This document shows positions 25,201 through 39,000 of a DNA stretch of 64,000 bases, piece after piece. The stretch is from the NCBI RefSeq assembly GCF_006345805.1, contig NC_043001.1, positions 133,920,001-133,984,000 on the forward strand, written 5' to 3'. The stretch is from Octopus sinensis. Lineage: Eukaryota. Each line of letters begins with the position of its first letter. Position 1 is the stretch's first letter. Position numbers and translations under genes: made by a program. The notes under the pieces were generated by a model, which was not told the DNA's origin, searched no databases, and was given only the letters and a program-made list of their open reading frames with translations.

Positions 25201-28079
25201 TTTAACCTACAGAATAGTAGAAAGAAGAATAAAATGATAAGCTAAAAGATATTTCTTCAAAGGATTAGAAATAAAGCTTACTTGGAATATCACAATGATT
25301 TTGAAGTGGGGTTGGTGATATATTTTCATTGGGGTTTTGATTACCTTCAAAGAGAAGAAACAAAATATTATTTAGTGGAATTCTTTCTAAAAAATCCCAA
25401 ACATTGCAAAACTGCAAGTATTGACAAATGTAAAAATTTAAATTAAAAAAAATAAAGCCCAGCATGGCCGTGGCCTTCGGGCTAAAACATTTTTAAGGAT
25501 TTAAGGATGCTTGATAAAGAGCAGGCATGGCTGTGTGTAAGCAGTTTACTTCCAAATCACATAATTTGAGGTTCAGTCCCATATGTGTCACATTAGGCAA
25601 ATGTCTTCTACTATACCCTTAGGCCAACCAAAGCCTTGTAAATGGATTTGATAGATGGAAACTGAAAGAAGCCTGTCATGTGTGTGTCTTTGTGTTTGTC
25701 TCCCCCCCCCCACTACCACCACTTAACAACTGGTTTTGGTTTGTCTACATCCCCATAACTTAAGAGACCGATAGAATAAGTACCAGGCTTTAAAAATAAA
25801 TACTAGAGTTGATTCATTTGACTAAAACCCTTCAAAATGGTACCCTAACATGACCACAGTCCAAAAGACTGAAACCAGTTAAAGAAATAAAAGTTAAAAA
25901 AAAAGAAAAAAAGAACCTGCTAGAAACCAACGAACTTTCCTTTAACATTCTACTGTGTTAAAAATAAAGGGAACATTGAATAATATAATCCATTGCTTGA
26001 AAAAAAAAAGATGGGAGAGTCATGGTTGGAATGGTCTTTGTTTGTAGGCCACTGGTTCAAATGGAACATCTTCAATAACAACAACCACCACCACCTCAGG
26101 ACAGACCCCCCCTCTCTCTCTTTCGGAGAGGCACTGAGCAGCTATACACACACATACACACACGGCAGTAACTTCCACCTACCGAATTCAATCACAAAGC
26201 TCCGGTCGGCTGGGGCTATAGTGGAAGACACCTACCCAAAGTGCCTCGCAGTGGGACTGAACCCGAAACCATGTAGCTAGGAAGTAAGCTCCCTAACCAC
26301 ATAGCCATGCCCGATAATAGATTATTGTTTACCTTGATCTGTATTAGTAGATGTGGTTGGAATAGTTTGAGATGCTGAGCCATTGGTTTGGTTAGAATAT
26401 CCTTTATGGAGACCATTGCACTGTGAGGAGAATATATCTAATGGTGAAGGTATGGAGGCTTGACTACCTGTATTGATTACCATCATACGATGACCGTACA
26501 CACCTGGTGGAGAAAAAACTGGAAATATTAAAGCAATGTAAATGGAGAAACTGTAATGTTGTCAGTAATTACAGCAGGTAAGGAATATAACAAGATGCAT
26601 TTAACAATGTAGAATGAGGTGGAAAGTGTTTATTAGATGTTTGGACTTTTACAAGCAATATTGAAAGATTAAATATCAAACTGAAACATCAAAATTCTTA
26701 AGTACTGAAATTCTTAACATGGGAAAGAAGAGATTATTAGATCTGTGAGGGGTAGATATTTGGTAGTCCAGAAGTTCTTAATGAATGTTACTTAATGGTT
26801 GGAAGTGTCTAAAGAATATAACTTTCTCAATATACAAATATTAATGCTCAGATTGAAAATCTTGCAAAAAACTTTTAGCAGCTGACAGATGTCTTAGGCT
26901 ATGAGGTCTGTGATGTATATAGTGTGCACTATGTAATATAAAATGGTAAATTGCATAGATTTTCAGTTTGCCAGCTTGAGAATGACTGAAACCTGTCAGG
27001 ACTGGCAGTCTGATTTTGACAGAGGTGATTCCTTAAATAAAGTCCTAAAAGAATGAATTATGATATTCAGCTCCTCTTCTACATATTGTAGATCTAAATT
27101 AGTTGATGATTATTCTACTTAAATATCAAATCCTAAACCAGTAAGTCTACTGAAGTATCACTTTTACTTTTTTCCTCCTTTTTGGTTGCATTCTCATAAA
27201 ATTCTCGGAGTATCTTGTTTTATTTTAAAACTAGCAGTATCGCCCGGCGTTGCTCGGGTTTGTAAGGGAAATAACTATATAAGCATTTTTAGAGAGTTAT
27301 AGCCAAAAAATAGCAAAAAAATGGAAAAAATATTATGGTAAATTTTTTTTTAAATCGTTGACTCAGACATTTTTAGAGAGTTACTTCCCTTATTTAATAG
27401 CGAAAAAATGCATTAAAATGGAAAAAAAATGATGGTAAATTTTTTTTTAAATCGTAGACTCATCGTAGACGCGTGCTAAAACCCAGAAGGGCTCGATATG
27501 AATCACGACTATAAGATACCTGGTTTTGGTTAAACTGCACCGCAAAATGTGGGAGTAGTTAGCAATCTAAATCGTAAGAGACAGACACACAACTTCACTT
27601 TTATATATAAAGATGTTACAGAGCTTCATAATATCTTTGAGTTTATTCTCTGCATTGTTACATTTATTGTCAGGGTTTTTAATCACATATTAATGTGATT
27701 AAAGAGTAAAGAACAAACAATGTCAGAGGAAACTGACTGGAATTAAGAATCTTAATGAATAAATTTTATATAGAAACTGGATGGTGAAGTTAAAGACATT
27801 AGTATTCTAAAGGAAGCAGCTGTCTGTCATATTTAATCCTTTTGATATCAACTTGCCTGGCACTGCCCTACTCTCTCTCTTTTACTCTTTTACTTGTTTC
27901 AGTCATTTGACTGCGGCCATGCTGGAGCACCGCCTTTAGTCGAGCAAATCGACCCTGAGATTTATTCTTTGTAAGGCCAGTACTTATTTTATCGGTCTCT
28001 TTTGCCGAACCGCTAAGTGACGGGGACGTAAACACACACCAGCATCGGTTGTCAAGCAATGCTAGGGGTACAAACACAA

Positions 28080-28120
<41 letters not shown>

Positions 28121-31100
28121 CGACAGGCTTCTTTCAGTTTCTGTCTACCAAATCCACTCACAAGGCATTGGTCGGCCCGGGGCTATAGCAGAAGACACTT
28201 GCCCAAGGTGCCACGCAGTGGGACTGAACCCGGAACCATGTGGTTGGTTAGCAAGCTACTTACCACACAGCCACTCCTGCACCTGGTTCTATCGTACAAA
28301 TTTCTTGTTTAAAAGTGATCTAAATTAAAACTTTTCATCAAAATTGCTCGTTAATTTACGTTCCAAGCACCATTTTAACAATGGTAAAGGTATTGTACTA
28401 GCTTCATTATTTTCAAAATTATCTGAAAGTAACATAATTCAACAGAAATATGCTAACAGAAATGTTAATAAGAATTGTATGGAGAAAAGTATGAAAGATA
28501 TTGCATGCGACTTCATAAAAGCTGTGAACAGTAAAATGTCATCTCTGTATCTCATGAAGAATTTGTAGGAGTAACATAGTATTACTAAGTACCTTGCATT
28601 CCAACATGTTCTCATACCAGACTGCTGGAATCCACAATAGGCTTGATCCTATTTTTAAGCCTAGAATGTGTGTGTTTGTGTAAGAGCAAATAACAAAAAC
28701 AAAGTGTGGCTCTAAGCATAAAGATGTAGAAAGTAGAATACTACAGAACATGGAGGAAACAAAACAAAATCTATATAAAATATATAGTCTGTGAGAATAC
28801 AGAGGACTAAAGAACTTACTTGGTGGAGGTGCAACCCATTGGTTTAACTGACAGTTTGAACTGGGGCTGTTGGCTGGACTGAGCATAGTTGATAAATTAC
28901 TGTGGCCATTCATCACATAACCTTCAGAGAAATATTTAACAAAAGAAGTTATTCACAGAAATAATTTAAAACTGATTAAATCTAATGAAAAGTAGAATAT
29001 ATCAAATATCATATTAATACAATTACAGTGATACTTTCAAATATTGTCGATCAGTATATGACAGGTGTAAGCTTAATTTCATTAAATCTTTGCATTATGT
29101 TGTTGATGAAAATGACCCTTCCTAAATTAAAATTTATCATTTGAACTGACCATATCTGCCCCAAATATTTCACTTGTTTAATGTTCAAATTAGCCAGATC
29201 CAGCCTTTCACACATACCCTACAATGTCGTTCTAAAAATGACAATCACATCAAAATCTCAAACCTTATGAAATCAGATCTGGCCTTTCACACCTACCCTA
29301 CAATGTCATTCTAAAAAGGACAATCACATCATCAAAATTTCAAAGCTTATAAGATTAGATCTGGCCTTTCACACCTGCCTTACAATGTCATTCTCAGAAT
29401 GACAATCACAGCATCAAAATCTCAAAGCTATGAGATAATGAATGCTTAATTCAAAACAATATGACTAAATAAAAATTACATTTTACAGAGTTATCCAAAC
29501 AAATAAGAATTACATTTTACAGAGTAATCTAAACGAAATCCTTATTTTTAAACAATCAGCATTTAATATTTACAAGAGAAAAATCCAAAGTTGTACTTAC
29601 CTAGAGAAGATAATCCAAGCATATTAGTGTTTGGATTGTTAATGGTACCATTAGTGCTAGCACTGCAAGGTGGTGGTAGACTGTTGTTGTTGGTTTCTTT
29701 ATCCAAACCCAACAACTGAATTCGAGCATCATACATGTTAGCAGCATTCCTCTCAACACTTTTCACAATGACAGACTGCTCATGTAAAGAAATGCAGAAA
29801 AAGATGGAATTACAGGACAGTTATTCTCGTTAGGTTTCATTTTTAATCGACACTTCATCACAATCAACAACTTCCTTGAAATACCACTTTCCTTGAAGCT
29901 AGACTTACTCTTACTCTTTACTCTTTTACTTGTTTCAGTCATTTGACTGTGGCCATGCTGGAGCACTGCCTTTAGTCAAGCAAATCGACCCCGGGACTTA
30001 TTCTTTGTAAGCCCAGTACTTATTCTATCGGTCTCTTTTTGCCGAACCGCTAAGTGACGGAGACGTAAGCACACCAGCATCGGTTGTCAAGCAATGCTAG
30101 GGGTACAAACACAGACACACAAACACACACACATACATATATATATATATACATATATACGACGGGCTTCTTTCAGTTTCCGTCTACCAAATCCACTCAC
30201 AAGGCATTGGTCGGCCCAGGGCTATAGCAGAAGACACCTGCCCAAGATGCCATGCAGTGGGACTGAACCCGGAACCCTGTGGTTGGTTAGCAAGCTACTT
30301 ACCACACAGCCACTCCTATAGAGTTTACTTAACTAATGCAAGGGTATATTTTCTGTATTCAAACATGATGAAAATGACATGATTAAACAGACACCATGGT
30401 AACTGGTGTTGGTCTGCATTAGTAAGACTTGAACCATTTAGTAAAATTGATAAAAAGTGTACAGTTAACTTGCTGCGAGGAGTGGAAAACCAAATGTTTT
30501 GGACAGAAGCCTTCTTCAAGGACAAGCAGATAGGAGAGAAATTATGGAGACAGCAGAGTTTTGCAACCAATTTTGCTGTCTTTCATTGATTTCGCTTTTT
30601 ACCCAAAGAAGGATTTTGTCCAAAATGTTGGATTCCCCACTCCCCACAGCAAGTTCACTCTTTTTATTGAATTTACTGTGTTATTAGAATAACACATGCT
30701 CAAGCATACTGTAGCATATTGTAGATGCTGATACCTCTCTAGCACAATAGGAAGAATAGCTCACAGCAGTAAGCAGTGGGAGTACTATGTAAGTTAGGAG
30801 TGCTTTGTTAGTTTTCAATGGGAGTATCTTCGAGAAGAATATGTTCTAACAGGCATGGAGAGTATCTTTGAGTATGTTCTAACAGGCTGACAAATTGAGA
30901 CAGACACCTACTAACAAGTAACTCACCCTCACACTATGCAAAAAAATTTGCTTTAGTTGAGCCATTGAAGCAGCCTATGTGCTATCACTCCCTGATAGAA
31001 ATAACAGCCAAATCTTCAAATCAAAGCACATTAAATATTGTAGTTCTAGGTAAAGAATGCCTGAACAAAAGATGAGTGTGGTCATAGCTGGGATGCCTTT

Positions 31101-33634
31101 TTTTTTTTATCACATGACTGCTGTGCTGGGACAAAACTTCAACATGTTTTAAATTAGACAAAATCAGGATTTGAAGACATCTCCAACCCCTTGCTAAGAT
31201 ATATAAAATAAAAAGAAGGATTTACCTTGCTGGGTTGTTTTGGTTTTGACTTGATACTGATAAATACATCCAGTTGCTCCATCAACATGCTAATTCTAGC
31301 TGTAATACACAAAATTAATTATTTAATGAATATCTCCCATTAAACCAGATAAAACAAATGAATACTGGAAGGTATGACAATTAAAATGTGTCAAAGAAGA
31401 AGATTGGCCAAAAACACATACATCACTTACACTCACCTCATAAAAAGATATTAATAATTATTGATGCTTACCAAACATAAATATATATACAGAGATAATT
31501 ATTTTAGTCTAATAACTTAAAATTAACACATTGTCAATACATCACTGTAAGAGGTCAGAAATTCTGACCTATTTGACAAAATATGCTTTATTATTATCAT
31601 CATCATTTAGCATCCATCTTCCATGCTGGCATGGGTTGGACAGTTCAGCAGAATCCAATGACCTGGAGGAATGAATCAAGCTTTACAGAGTGCACTGGGA
31701 GTTTTTTTTCAAGGTACTGACCCTAGTGAGGTCACCATGCAGTTTGCAAGACTAAGGTTCCCTTTAACTGAGTAAAGAGGGAGGCACCTTTATGCTAGGC
31801 AATGAGAGGTTAAAGAATGATCGAAGGGACCAAAAGAGAATGGGGATTTTTACTGCAGAGGAGCTACATGGCTAATAACAATTTAGAAGAGAGAAGGAAG
31901 TGACGAAGGTGGGGTTGGAAAGAGATAAAATAGTGGTGATGAGTCGGGAGGGGGTGGGGGTGGGGGGCTCAAGATACAAGTTGAGTAGAAGTGGGGATCA
32001 AAGAACAAGGAGTGTGAGTAGAGATTGAAAGTGAGTAGAGATTGAAAGATATGGGGAAAGTGAGAAATTGTTAGGTATGGGGAGGGGATGAATATAATGA
32101 ATGGAACAAGTCTTGAGGGATGATAATTATATGTTGTATGGAAGAGTAGATGATGACTGTAGTGGTTCTCAACAAGGGTCCATATGGCCCTTATAGGTCC
32201 ATATAAGATTTTGTTGTTAAATTTATCTGCACAGTAAATTGGTTATACTTCTAAAATGCACAAAATATTTTAATAATTTTCTTTATACAATCCCTAATAA
32301 TATTTAATCATAAAACTATAATAGGATATTTTAAACATCAAATGACTACAGGGGTCCAGTTGAGTGAAATAAGGATCAAAGGGGGTCCATAAGTAGAAAA
32401 TGGTTGAGAACCACTGCTGTAGAGATTAACAGTCCTAGTAGTTAGGCAGATGCCAACCATTTATCTGAATTCCTTCAGCAACATCTCTAGTAGTAGCCAA
32501 ACTGGTGTCAACTGTCTATTTGAAATCCTTTATTAAAAACCTCCGGTAGCCAGGCTAGTGCCAATAATTTATCTGTGGCCCCTAAAAGGGCAGGTAAGGA
32601 ATAATCGCATGCACTCAAAAGAGAAAATTTTTACAGAAATGTCTGTTAACTTACCAGGTTCAATCTCAATGTCTTCTTTGATATCAAACATCAATACAAG
32701 GGGCAAACATCCCTAACAAGAAAATAATGAAGCTTATTAAGAAATTATCAATAATTTAGCAGTCAAATATATTCTAGAAACATGTTACAATTTCAGGAGA
32801 GAATTCAGGGTGGCAGTTAGAATACAACATACAGGGAAGTAGTTGTAATGGATGGAAGCACTCCGTCGACTACGACGACAAGGGTTCCGGTTGATCCGAA
32901 TCAACGGAGCAGCCTGCTCGTGAAATTAACGTGCAAGTGGCTGAGCACTCCACAGACACGTGTACCCTTAACGCAGTTCTCGGGGATATTCAGCGTGACA
33001 CAGAGAGTGACAAGGCCGGCCCTTTGAAATACAGGTACAACAGAAACAGGAAGTAAGAGTGAGAGAAAGTTGTGGTGAAAGAGTACAGCAGGGATCACCA
33101 CCATCCCCTGCGGAGCCTCGTGGAGCTTTTAGGTGTTTTCGCTCAATAAACACTCACAACGCCCGGTCTGGGAATCGAAACCGCGATCCTATGACCGCGA
33201 GTCCGCTGCCCTAACCACTGGGCCATTGCGCCTCCACGATAGTTGCAATACAGCCTACAGGATAACAATCACCACACAACATACAGGATGACAGTCTCCA
33301 CAGAGCACTCAGGACAACAGTCACAGCATAATATATAAGATGACAGTCGCAATACAAAATACAGGATGACAACACAACATATTTGAGACTGACTGAAATC
33401 CTAATAGCTTACATCATGAGTAGACATGTGAAGGTAATTTATTTTATAAGGAAAGAAGATAAAGGAAAAGGTCAGTGTTTATGACCTTTGACTCTTGTCC
33501 CAACCTGATCAAATGGATGTGGTTGATGTTCAGTCTGAACATCTGCAAGAAAACATAGGAGGGGGAGGTGGGAGACGACAGAAGAGATGGGGGTGGGTTT
33601 GTCAGACATGGTGTCATCAGATCAGATGAGTGCA

Positions 33635-33672
<38 letters not shown>

Positions 33673-33855
33673 CTTTACTCTTACTCTTTTACTTGTTTCA
33701 GTCATTTGACTGCGGCCATGCTGGAACACCGCCTTTAATAGAATAAGTACTGGGCTAATACAGAATAAGTCCCGGGGTCGATTTGCTCGACTAAAGGCGG
33801 TGCTCCAGCATGGCCACAGTCAAATGACTGAAACAAGTAAAAGAATAAGAGTAAG

Positions 33856-33890
<35 letters not shown>

Positions 33891-34530
33891 ATATGTATAT
33901 ATATACGAGAAAAAAGCATCTTAATTGCTTTTACTATATATATATATTCTGAGACCCCCTTCGGTCATGACACAGACCATGGGATTGCACCTAGAAGGTT
34001 ACCCTCCCAGGCACAAGTCCGGGCAAGGTTGTTTATGGAAGACCAGCAGTTGCCCATGCATACCAGCCTCCCCTCTCCACGCCACCAGTGTTATCCAAGG
34101 GAAAGGCAAAGGCCGATACAGCTTGGCACCTGTGATGCCGCAACTCATTTCAGCAGCTGAGTGAACTGGAGCAATGTAAAATAAAGTGTCTTGCTCAAGA
34201 ACACAACACGCAGCCCAGTCTGGGATTCGAGCTCACAACCTCACGATTGTAAGCTCAAAGCTCCAACCATTGACCCATGCACCTTCACTATATATATATA
34301 TATTATATATATATATGTGACGTCGTGAGCACCACCAGCAATTTTTTTTCCTCTGTATTCCCTTCTCGGGATCTTTCCTTCTCCTTTGTTTCCGACGAAG
34401 AGCTCCGTTCGAAACGTTAAACCCTCCTTCTTCCCTTCTTTCCTGAGCGTCCAATAATACTTTATTTGTTCCACGTCCTCGTGTTGCTGTGTTTTTTTGT
34501 GTTTTCTTGTTTGGATTAACTTTATATATA

Positions 34531-34584
<54 letters not shown>

Positions 34585-36035
34585 CAAATAAGAAAATGGA
34601 GAAACAAATTTGGTTTGTTCATCAACTTATGGATATTATAATGCTGGATTATTTATTCATTTTACAAATGAGAATATCAAAAGCATCACCTGTTTAATAC
34701 AATAAATGACTTAATTGCATTGCAATTAAAAACATTTATGTATTAAGAATTTGGGTAATTTACCAACAGTATATTGGATAAATGATATCCCATAGTGGGT
34801 TTCACCCATAACCCCTATCTTACTTTGTACTATATATATATACACACACACACAAGCAGTTCATAAAATATACATGCACACACACACACACACATATATA
34901 CATGAGTACTTAATAAAACATACACATACACATTTGTTACCAATGTTCTACAAGAGCTTATTAAAATACACACACACACACACATTTGCTTCCAATATTG
35001 CACTCAGTTTGTATCACAAATTCTTTTTGTCTCACTCAAGCTATTGTACTTGGGAAATAAGTTTATTGCCATTGTTGTTCAATGGAAATAAAATATTTTC
35101 TGGGTCTTTACAGACTTGACTTTACCATGGCAGACACTTATTAGAAGCACAGATTACACTGTGGCTAATGATTATGTCAACCAATCATATTGTTACACAA
35201 ATACAATTAGACATGTTCTGTAAAGACATATAAAGTTTTACTATAATTTCTACATTGTGGCATTCAACTTGAACTTGTGATATTGTATTCCAACAAGAGT
35301 GAATTAGCAACAGCATGCTTGACTGTTGAATGTCATCACACAACACACACACACACACACAACAGCACAAAGGTACCTTTATCTACATACCAATTTTCAT
35401 AAAGATTTCAATACCTAAATCTTATAAAGACTGGCTCAGACAGAAACAATGGAGTGAAGAAACTATACTAATACATGAAAAACAATATGGCTGTCCTATG
35501 GCAGCTGAAGACAAAAGAAGTAAATTGTTATTATCGTCATAGATTCAGACATGGTCGTGGAGTTAAGAAGATTGCTTTGTAATCAAATGGTTCTGGGTTC
35601 AGTTTCACTCTGTGGGACCCTAGGCAAGTGTCTTCTACTCTTGGCTGATCACTACCTTGTAAGTGAATTTGGTATATATGTGGAAACCTATTATAAATGC
35701 ATGTGTGTATATAGACGCCATGATAGATCGTTAACTACTACACACATTTTTTTCTCTGCATGTTTTTTTCTGTGTATCTTTCTGCAGAAGAGCATAGGCT
35801 CGAAATGTAAAAGACTTTTTCTATTCCTGAGCGCTATACTAATACATCTGTTTGTTTGTACACCACCTGCCTTCATCTTTTGTTTATTTTCGTAAACTTT
35901 CCCTTTATATATATATATATATGTTCCCGACTGAAGATTAGAGGCTTTGAGTGACCCGTTGGTTTTTTGTGTCGTCTCCTTGTGTGTTTTTGCGTTCTTG
36001 TCCCACTTTGTAATTTATATTTTATATTAAATTCT

Positions 36036-36081
<46 letters not shown>

Positions 36082-39000
36082 GCATGTATGTATGTGTGTG
36101 TCTGTGTTTGCCCTCTCCTCCACTACTTGACTTAGATTTCCAAAACTTAGCAGTTCAGCAAAAGAAACCAATACAACAATAGCAGACTTAAAAAATAAGT
36201 ATTGGGGTTGGTTTGTTCAACTAAAACCCTTCAAAGTGGTGCCCCAGTATGACCACTGTCCAATGACTGAAACAAGTAAAAGGTAAAGGATAATTCCATT
36301 ACTAGAAAGAAAGATAAACTGAAAGCAACTGTCAATATTAATTTCAAAAATCGTCTGTCTTTATATTCTAAATTTAAATTCTACCAAGGTCGACTTTACC
36401 TTTCATCCCTTCAGGGTCAATAAATGAAGCACCAGTTGCATACGGGGGAGGGGGTTCAAACTTATCGATTGGCCCCCTCCCCCAAAATTCAAGCCTTATG
36501 CCTAGAGTAGAAAAGAATATTAATTTCAAAATATTCTTTTTATTCTGTTTCCAAGTTGGTATGTATCACATTGGTTTAAAGAATTTGATGGCCATCTGTA
36601 TTCATAACTATTTAACACATGAAAAGCTTGAGTGGTACCTTGAAATCACTTGTGGCATTTGGTACTTAGGTATTCTTAAGTATATTAATTAAGAAACAAT
36701 ATGACTTGACTTTTGATACGAAACTGCCTTGGACTGTCCCTGGCTCTATAATAAAACCTTCCTGTTTTAAAATGATATATATTAAACCTGGCCATCAAAA
36801 TTTCATAATAATTTTTGTTCCAAACAGCACCTTAATAATGACAAAATTATTTTACTAAATTCGACATTATTTTCAAAATTATCCGAAACAAAAGCAATGT
36901 GGAAACAAAAAGGTTAAATGAAGGACTTAAAGAGGAAGGCTAGTGCCATTCAGCATTTAGATATTGCTTGTTTCATTGACTTTTAGATATTTAATTAGAA
37001 AAAAATATTCTATATTCAAATGAACAAAAATATTAATTTTTACTTTGAGGAAGTCTATTCTTCATGTATATACTTTCAATGTCCAGTAATTTAGCAAATG
37101 AGTTACCGAATCTCTAAGATTATTCATTTCGAATTTTGGCACAAGGCCAGCAATTTTAAGGGGGTGAGTACTTGATTATATTGACCCCAGTGCTGAACTG
37201 ATACTTAATTTACTGACCCTGAAAGAATGAAAGGCAAAGTTGATCCTGGCAGAAGTTGAACTCAGAACATAAAGATGGACAAAATGCTGCTATGCATTTT
37301 GTCTGGCACTGTAACAATTCTGCCATCTTGCTGCCTTCCATATGTCTAAGATTATTAACATACAAAAACCAATTATAGACACCTGGTTATTAACTGTTTG
37401 GGAAATGGTTAACTATTAAGTAAGCAGATCTGTTTTGAGTTGGTGTGCAAAGTTGAGAGAAAAATCGTCCACAAAAAAGAAAAGTAAACAAATAATTCAA
37501 AAAGATGGTAAAGGAAGAATAGGCATTCATAGAAAATACTGAAGTAACACAGCATTTCCTACACTTGGAAATATTTTACATGTGTCCATAGAACTCTATA
37601 AATAGCAGTCAGGGTTGTTGTGTTATAGTAACCATTTCACAAGAAACTTTAGGGCTAATCTTTTATGCAATGCTCTAAGACTTGCATAACTATATTATTT
37701 TTAATAAAAGTACTTTTACCAAAATACTTCTTCAACCAATATCTGCAACAGTTACTTTCAGGAATTACATTTATTATTTCTAAGACACCCTATATTTAGG
37801 AACTCAGCATGGGTTCTTACATGGTAGCAAGGTTTTAGGATTCTCAACATGCAATAGATATGCACAGTTTTATACATATTTACTTTGTAAAGAAAACTAA
37901 ATAATTAATTTTTTGTTTCGCAATTAAGATAGTATCAAATTTAATTGAGTGTCTTAAATTTCTAGTTCCTATATTTTTTAGTATGGCAATTTTTTCCATA
38001 CAGAAAGAAGTCTTTAATTTTTTATTCAAGTAATGCCAGATAGGTTTCAAACCAAAGAACATCTCCTGGATGTCAATAATGGACAAAATTTTGTGAATTT
38101 AGAAGGGTTAGTCTATGTTTTTTAACATATGTAATGAATAACTGCAAATTTCTGACTAATATTACACACTATTTTAACAATATGAGGTGTCAAATGTTTA
38201 CATAAGAAAGTTCTGGAATCTATAATTATGTTTTTAGTTGTAAAAGTAAGATTATTATTCTTATTATCCAGGCTGAAAGCTGGCAGGATTGTTAACACAC
38301 CAGACAAAATACTTAATGGTATTTCTTTTGGTACTTTATGTTCTGAGTTCAAATTCTGCTGAGGCTGACTTTGCCTTTCATCCTTTTAGGCTGATAAAAT
38401 AAGTACCAGTCAAGTACTGGGGTCAAGGTAGTTGATAATACCCCTCCTCCAAAAATGCTGGCCTTGTTATCCAATCTCTACTGAGGTTTACTTTGCCTTT
38501 CATCCTTTTGGGATGATGAAATAAGTACCAATTGAGTTCTGGGGTTGAAGTTTTCAAATAGCCCCTTCCCCCAAAATCTGATATTTACTCTAACAGTCTC
38601 TTTTGCCAAACCGCTAAGAGTTAGGAGATGTAAACAAACCAACATTGGTTGTCAAATGGTGTGCGTGTGTGTGTGTGTACAGGGGTGTGACACACATACA
38701 ATAGGTTTCCACAGTTTTCATCTATCGAATTCACTCACAAGGCATTGGTCAGCCTATGGCTATAACAGAAAACACTTGCACAAGGTGAGCATGCAGTGGG
38801 ACTGAAACTGAAACCATGTGGTTGTGAAGATATCCTCTTAATCACACAGCCATGTCTTTGCCTGTAGTAAGTATATTATAAGCCCACTTCACTAATAGAG
38901 ATTATAAACTGCCTTTTCACAACAACCCTATTTATTAGGAGATTCTCAATATTCAGTCTATCTTAATTTATTTACACACTCCTTAGTATAATCTGCTAGA

